NCBI GenBank assembly: GCA_965603825.1
Contig: CBFDEM010000055.1
Location: 124,001 to 188,000 of the forward strand
Direction of reading: 5' to 3'
Length of the DNA stretch: 64,000 nt
Source: Blepharisma stoltei ATCC 30299
Taxonomy: Eukaryota; Protista; Ciliophora
Below, piece by piece: positions 58,865-64,000 of this stretch. The notes beneath the pieces are model-generated. The model was not told the DNA's origin, searched no databases, and saw nothing but the letters and a program-made list of their open reading frames with translations. Every line of letters begins with the position of its first letter. Position 1 is the first letter of the stretch. The position numbers and the translations under genes were made by a program.

Positions 58865-61800
58865 ATGATAAAGCGGTGTATGGTCCTAATATTAGTGGCT
58901 ATCTCAATAAAGGCTTTAAATGATTTTGGCACAATCTATTTAACATACAATGAGTCAACCACTCTTAGACTTCACGATTATTTCTCACAAAATGAAATAG
59001 ATTTCTATATATCAAATACGAATGCGACAGAAAAAGATATTATTTTAAAGCACAAATCAAGTCTGGACTTAATTTCATACATTTCCACTCCTCTAGGCTC
59101 ATTCGAAGATAATTCTACTCAATTTAGCCAGCAGTTCCCATATTTTGAGCTTTCAGAAGGGATCATCTTCTTTAGGCATGATGATAATTATCTTTTTTCT
59201 TATAGGTTTTCCAAAAATAGCCAAAAAATAGAAAAATTATGATCAATGCAAGTTGTGAATGGCACAATTTCTCAAGTTATAGCTTTTTATATTCTTAGTA
59301 CTCCATATTTGCTTATATCATCCAGATTTTGCACTAATAGCGCTTGAGATTTGTGAGAAAGTGAATTATACATTCTTGAGCTGATAGATTTTATTAATCC
59401 TGGATTTCTCGTCAAGCTTGATATTTGAGATATAAAATACTTGTCAGATTTTAAAATTTTTGCAGGTAAAGACAATTTAAATTGTTTTATTATCTCTGGA
59501 AAGTTTAATAGTGGAAAACAATCTTTGTTCTTTTATAAAGCTTTATTTTCGAATGAAATAAACTTTTATTTAGTTCAGTCATTTGATTATTATATAGGCT
59601 TAGCTGAGTTTGAAAGCAATGATTTAAATGCTATTCAAGGAATTCCTACAATAAATCAGTTTTTAATATTAGACTCAAAATTAGGCCTATTTATTTATGA
59701 TTCTTTCCATAGAGCAGGTTTAAGCTTTAGAGGCTATCTTGATCTAAGAAAATATGGCAATTTATATAGCTTATCTTTTATACTAGACCTTCAGTTATAC
59801 ATAATTGGATCAGACGCTGGAGCAATTTTAATTTCCTCTAAGCTTTATCATAATGAATATTCTTTGATCACAATTTATGATGTGATTGGAAAACTTGTGC
59901 CAACAATTAATGCAGACAAGTATGGCAGTTTGTGTTTTCTCCAAATAGAGTTGGAAGAATCTCGCCATTTACTTGTTTTTGAATTGGCAGGCTCTGAATC
60001 AGCCCCTCCACAGTTTTTAGGGAATTTCAACTTAAAAAAGATAGTTGGGAATGATTTTAATAGGAAAGGAATGTGGATGCTATTACAAATAGAAGGCAAA
60101 ACAGTTTACATTAGACATGATTTTGATGGAATTAGAATATTTGCTTTAAATTTGGAAGATTGAACTTTAAAATTATGAGGAAATAACTCTGTTTATGCTG
60201 AGATTATTGGGAAATCTAATAATTCTAAGAAAAAGATTGTTAAAAAATCACTTAACGTTATTTCAATTCCATTAGGATCATATGAAATTTACCCCTTAAA
60301 CGCAGCTGTACACAATAGACCAATAGATTTATACTTGGGGGAGAGCAAATCATTCCTTTCGCTTGCTCAGCAAGTTTACCTCTCAGGACCCAACCTAACA
60401 TATGAAATAAAGAGCACTGACTTTTCGGAACTTTTTAATGTCAGTCTAATAACACCCAAATCTGAGCAAACTGAAATACTATTCCCAGAAAATACTAAAA
60501 AAATCTCGTTATCTTATTCCAAGATTGCCTATTCTTCTCGAAATACCATTAAATTTAACGAACCATCCGATATCCAAGATTTGATTCTGCCAGATTCGTT
60601 AAATGTTCTAAATATCATATGAACTTTAAACTTCAATAACTATATCATACTTGAAGTTGAAGAAAACTTACATTACACAATCATGGTATATATAATAGAT
60701 ATATATGGGAATAAGCCTTTATTTTCAAAAATTCACTCGAATATTGATTGCTTATTTTTCAAATCTTATTCTGTTCATGGCATTGAAGTCTTTGCATGCG
60801 CTGATCATGAAAATATTGATGTATATTTAATTAATCTGACGATTGAGAAATGTTTATCATTGGACAGAGAACGTCTAAAGTTTGATGGAAAGTTTTGAAT
60901 AACTGGATTAGAAATTTTTGCTCGTCAGATATTGCTACCCCAAAAAACATTTGATATCGAAATTTTAATATATGTTGCCTTTATCAATGAAATTTCTCTT
61001 ATTAAAATTAGATTAGACAGATTTAAAGGATTTATAAACATTGATTATAAATTTGCTGACCTTCAAAATGAAATCATTGATCTTTCTATTACGTTTGACC
61101 ATATTGCCTTACTTTTTGCTGACTGCAAAGTTGGTATATATGACAGGAACTTATCAATAGTAAAAACTCTTGGGCCTCATTATAAAGGAAAAGCCAAAGG
61201 AATTCTGGCTATAGACTTGATTATATTTATACAAGCTGATAATGAAATCCTTGTTTATGACTGAGGTTTCTTAGCTCATGATGCACTAAAATATTCATTT
61301 TTAATAGGCAGTTCTTGCAGGCTGGCTAATGAATTACAAAAAGAATTGTCATTTTCAAACACGGAAATTCCTATTCTTTGCAAAACAAGTGAAAAGTTTG
61401 CTTTAGAATGATATACACTTCAATGCTATAGTCAATATTTATCCTTGCATCGATGCTTTAATTTTGGTCTCATAGAATTAAAATCGATGCAAGAATTGAC
61501 AAAGAATTTTGTAAAAGAAGGCAAAATATCAATTTTAGCCCAAAATTCTGTATATCACTCTACAATAGAAATAAAGGTAAATTTGCATATAAATGGAGAT
61601 AAAATCTGAGTGGATGAAGCCAAATTCCCATCTAAATTGAATGTCCCATATAGCAGAGATAAAATGATTGATTTAAACAGCATTGTCCATGGGAACAATA
61701 CCTATATATGTACGAAAATAAATGGTTTAATGTATGAAGACATAAACCTTGCCTATTCCCCAATTCTTCTCCATAGAAATTTTAATGAAATTCTATCATT

Positions 61801-63214
61801 GCCATTAGGAAAAAATAAATTCAGCTCTGGACACTTTTATGCGAAAGCTGCAAACAAACTACTTCTTTTAACAGAATTAAATTCAGAACTTATTATTTTA
61901 AATTTTAATTATGAAAACTCTACAATAGATGCACAGTTAGCCTTAAAGGAATTGATCAACAATACCAGTATAAGGTGTTTAAGCATTAATGCAATTGACT
62001 TTGATGATAATAATATTTTGATATTTATCATTTGCGTTTGTGGGAATGAGAATGAAGTGCTTTGGAATGAAAAAATAAATCGCTTCTACCAAAAAGATAG
62101 AGCGCTAATACTTATAGTTGAGTATGATTATCTGAGAAAGCAAGTTCTGAAATCAAAGTATGTCCCTCTGTTTTCATCAAATTACGATTTGAAATCTGTC
62201 AAACTAAGTAATCAGAGATTTGAAATCTTTCTATTTGAAAATTATAAAGCTGCTGCACAATCTTGAATTAATAAGCATATCATTAGATTTGAAGGTAGCA
62301 GGAGTAAAAGTACAATTGAGATTAGCAAGAAAGAGGAAATTAGTCTTTTATCACTTGGGCTTGACTCATTTTTAGTAGAATCAGCTGATATAGTATTATC
62401 AAGATTTGGCCAAATATTACTATATGCTATAGATTCAATGTATGGATTAAGAATCATTAGGATACAAGAAAATGGCCCAGCTGAAATTGTAGGTGGCATA
62501 GCTCATCAAAGTCCAAATTATTTCAAATATGCATGCTCTTCTAGAAACCTCCTCTATATTATAACTGAGAAAATGGAATTATTAGAATATATTATTGATG
62601 ATTTCCAAACGCCAGCCCTTTCACGAGTATTTTATTCAGATTCAAATAGGGTGTGGGAGATTTTATCGATCAAATTAATTCCTTATCAAGTGAGCAGCTA
62701 TATTATTGCTTTATTCAAAAAATATGGTAAAGGTATTAATTTAAGAATTTGAAATGAGTATGACTGATATGATTTACTAATTGAAGACGCCTTAGATGTA
62801 TTTGCTTTTGAAAGCGATCTAGGCGAGAAGAATATGCTTTCTTTTATAAATATTCACACTTCAACGTTCAGGCTAATCTCTTTGGGTAAATGATATATTG
62901 ATATTCCAATATATGGGCAAAAAAGAGGTGAAAAAATTGAGAAAATATGAGGCACAGATGAGTTTAGAATACAATTTTATGCAAATAATACTTATAGCAA
63001 TGCTAGCTCTTCAGTAATGGTTCTGAAAAGAGGACATGCTCAATCAAATAACTCACCTCCTTGATGGTTGTGGATTTTCATGTTCGCTGCAGCTGCAATT
63101 ATTTTATTCATAATTGGTCATTGTGTATGCTATATGAGAAATAGGAAAAATAAAAGAGACTATGAATTGATTAATGAAGGATTGATGCTAAAAGAAATTA
63201 ATCAGGTATCTTAA
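58865..63214 (+). CDS. Large type I membrane protein (1449 aa): signal peptide, beta-rich ectodomain, C-terminal TM, short tail
   Basis: Seven ORFs in one frame with no TAA/TAG until 63212-63214; 17 TGA-Trp codons. TM is WWLWIFMFAAAAIILFIIGHCVCYM, followed by RNRKNKRDYELI. Confidence 0.85.
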
Positions 63215-63272
63215 AGCTTTCTATGTAGAAGATGAAGATGGTAAGCTAATCTAATAATGATTCATATCATCA

Positions 63273-64000
63273 TTAATATTTATCACGCCTGAGGCGTCTT
63301 AATTTTTTTCTCTTTGTAATTTTCTTGATAAATTCCTCAGCATGAACATCAATTTCATCAATCTGACTCCTTGTCAATTCCAACTTGTTTTTTTCTTCTC
63401 CATATCTTCAAGAATCCAGCACAGCATCCACCAAATTCAAATCTTCAACAGCATCTATTTATGTCTCAGTAATTTCGTTCTTTCATTATTAAATTTTGGA
63501 CAATCTTCTATTAAATGCTTTTCATCCTGTATTTATCAGTTGCAATGTTCACAGATCGTGTTTTTCGTCTAATGCCTTACAAATGTGCACAAGTTCGTGA
63601 GTTAAAACCTGCTCTTAACCTGAAAAGTTCTCTTGTGCCGTTCACATCTTTAGGATTAAGTTTTGTGAATTCAGCCATTTTTCAAGTAACAGCATTCATA
63701 TCGCAAAATAATGTCGTGGTTTTTCAGGTTTTCTTCTCGCATCGGTTGAATGCACCATTCCCTATCAGCTCTTCATATAGCCATATGCATTCTTCTTCGC
63801 CATCGCTTCAGATTTTCCCCTCCTGGTAACATGCAATCATCCAGCCCGTATTTGTCCAATAATTCTCTACATCATTTTTCTCAACCCAGTTTTTCCTCAT
63901 AATTGATTTTTACTAAATTTTTGAGTATGCTCCCTTCTTTTGCATTTGATACTTTCGCCCAGAAAAATAAAGCTCTTTTATCCAGCAAGGCTCTTGCAGA
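63273..64000 (-). mobile_element. Decayed non-LTR retrotransposon (LINE) ORF2 C-terminus, cut by the window edge
   Basis: Across several frameshifts: RALFFWAKV..GWEKWCRELLDKYGL..TRELFRLRAG..ICEHCN..QDEKHLIEDCPKFNNER (CCHC knuckle at 63500-63553)..EFIKKITKRK. The reverse transcriptase core is not in the window. Confidence 0.72.

Noticed and set aside
1-64000. Widespread pseudogenisation, or selenocysteine, as the explanation for in-frame TGAs
   Set aside because: TGAs align with Trp/TGG in conserved motifs and paralogues, not with Cys, and the frames are otherwise intact.
1-64000. Many short antisense or overlapping ORFs in the track (e.g. 280..558, 11307..11633, 16302..16625, 33277..33702, 63515..63829)
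   Set aside because: They are shadows of real genes or of the LINE relic on the opposite strand, with no independent motifs.
1-64000. tRNA, rRNA, CRISPR arrays, prokaryotic operons, telomeric repeats
   Set aside because: None recognised by eye. The DNA is eukaryotic; a covariance-model scan would be needed to exclude small ncRNAs.

Overview
This is eukaryotic, gene-dense, AT-rich DNA from a heterotrich ciliate somatic (macronuclear) genome, most likely Blepharisma. TGA is read as Trp, while TAA and TAG are stops. Introns are 15-17 nt GT-AG with an A six bases from the 3' end. The supplied ORF track uses the standard code, so it fragments or misses many genes. Re-reading by eye gives about 43 protein-coding genes, including CFAP20DC-like, SF-assemblin, UBC7, two ALDHs, a dynamin-related protein, RPS20, a STE20 kinase, TMEM41, a CABLES-like cyclin, a 6TM-PDE, katanin p80-like, succinyl-CoA ligase beta, a PDI-like protein, TPX2-like, RPL34, a bZIP, two SDRs, a cyclophilin, two FHA proteins, a propeller-TPR protein and a 1449-aa type I membrane protein. 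It also gives nine tiny introns, a ~2.7 kb tandem duplication and a decayed non-LTR retrotransposon 3' end at the right edge. Three observations stand out. (1) In three tandem paralogue pairs one copy encodes Trp almost only with TGA and the other only with TGG (16 TGA:2 TGG versus 0:14). (2) A freshly duplicated pseudokinase pair has 24 replacement versus 2 silent codon differences over the activation segment. (3) A 17-nt intron appears to skip a canonical 15-nt acceptor. No tRNA, rRNA, CRISPR array or telomeric repeat was seen. All translations and counts were done by hand, and family calls are from motif recognition, not database searches.
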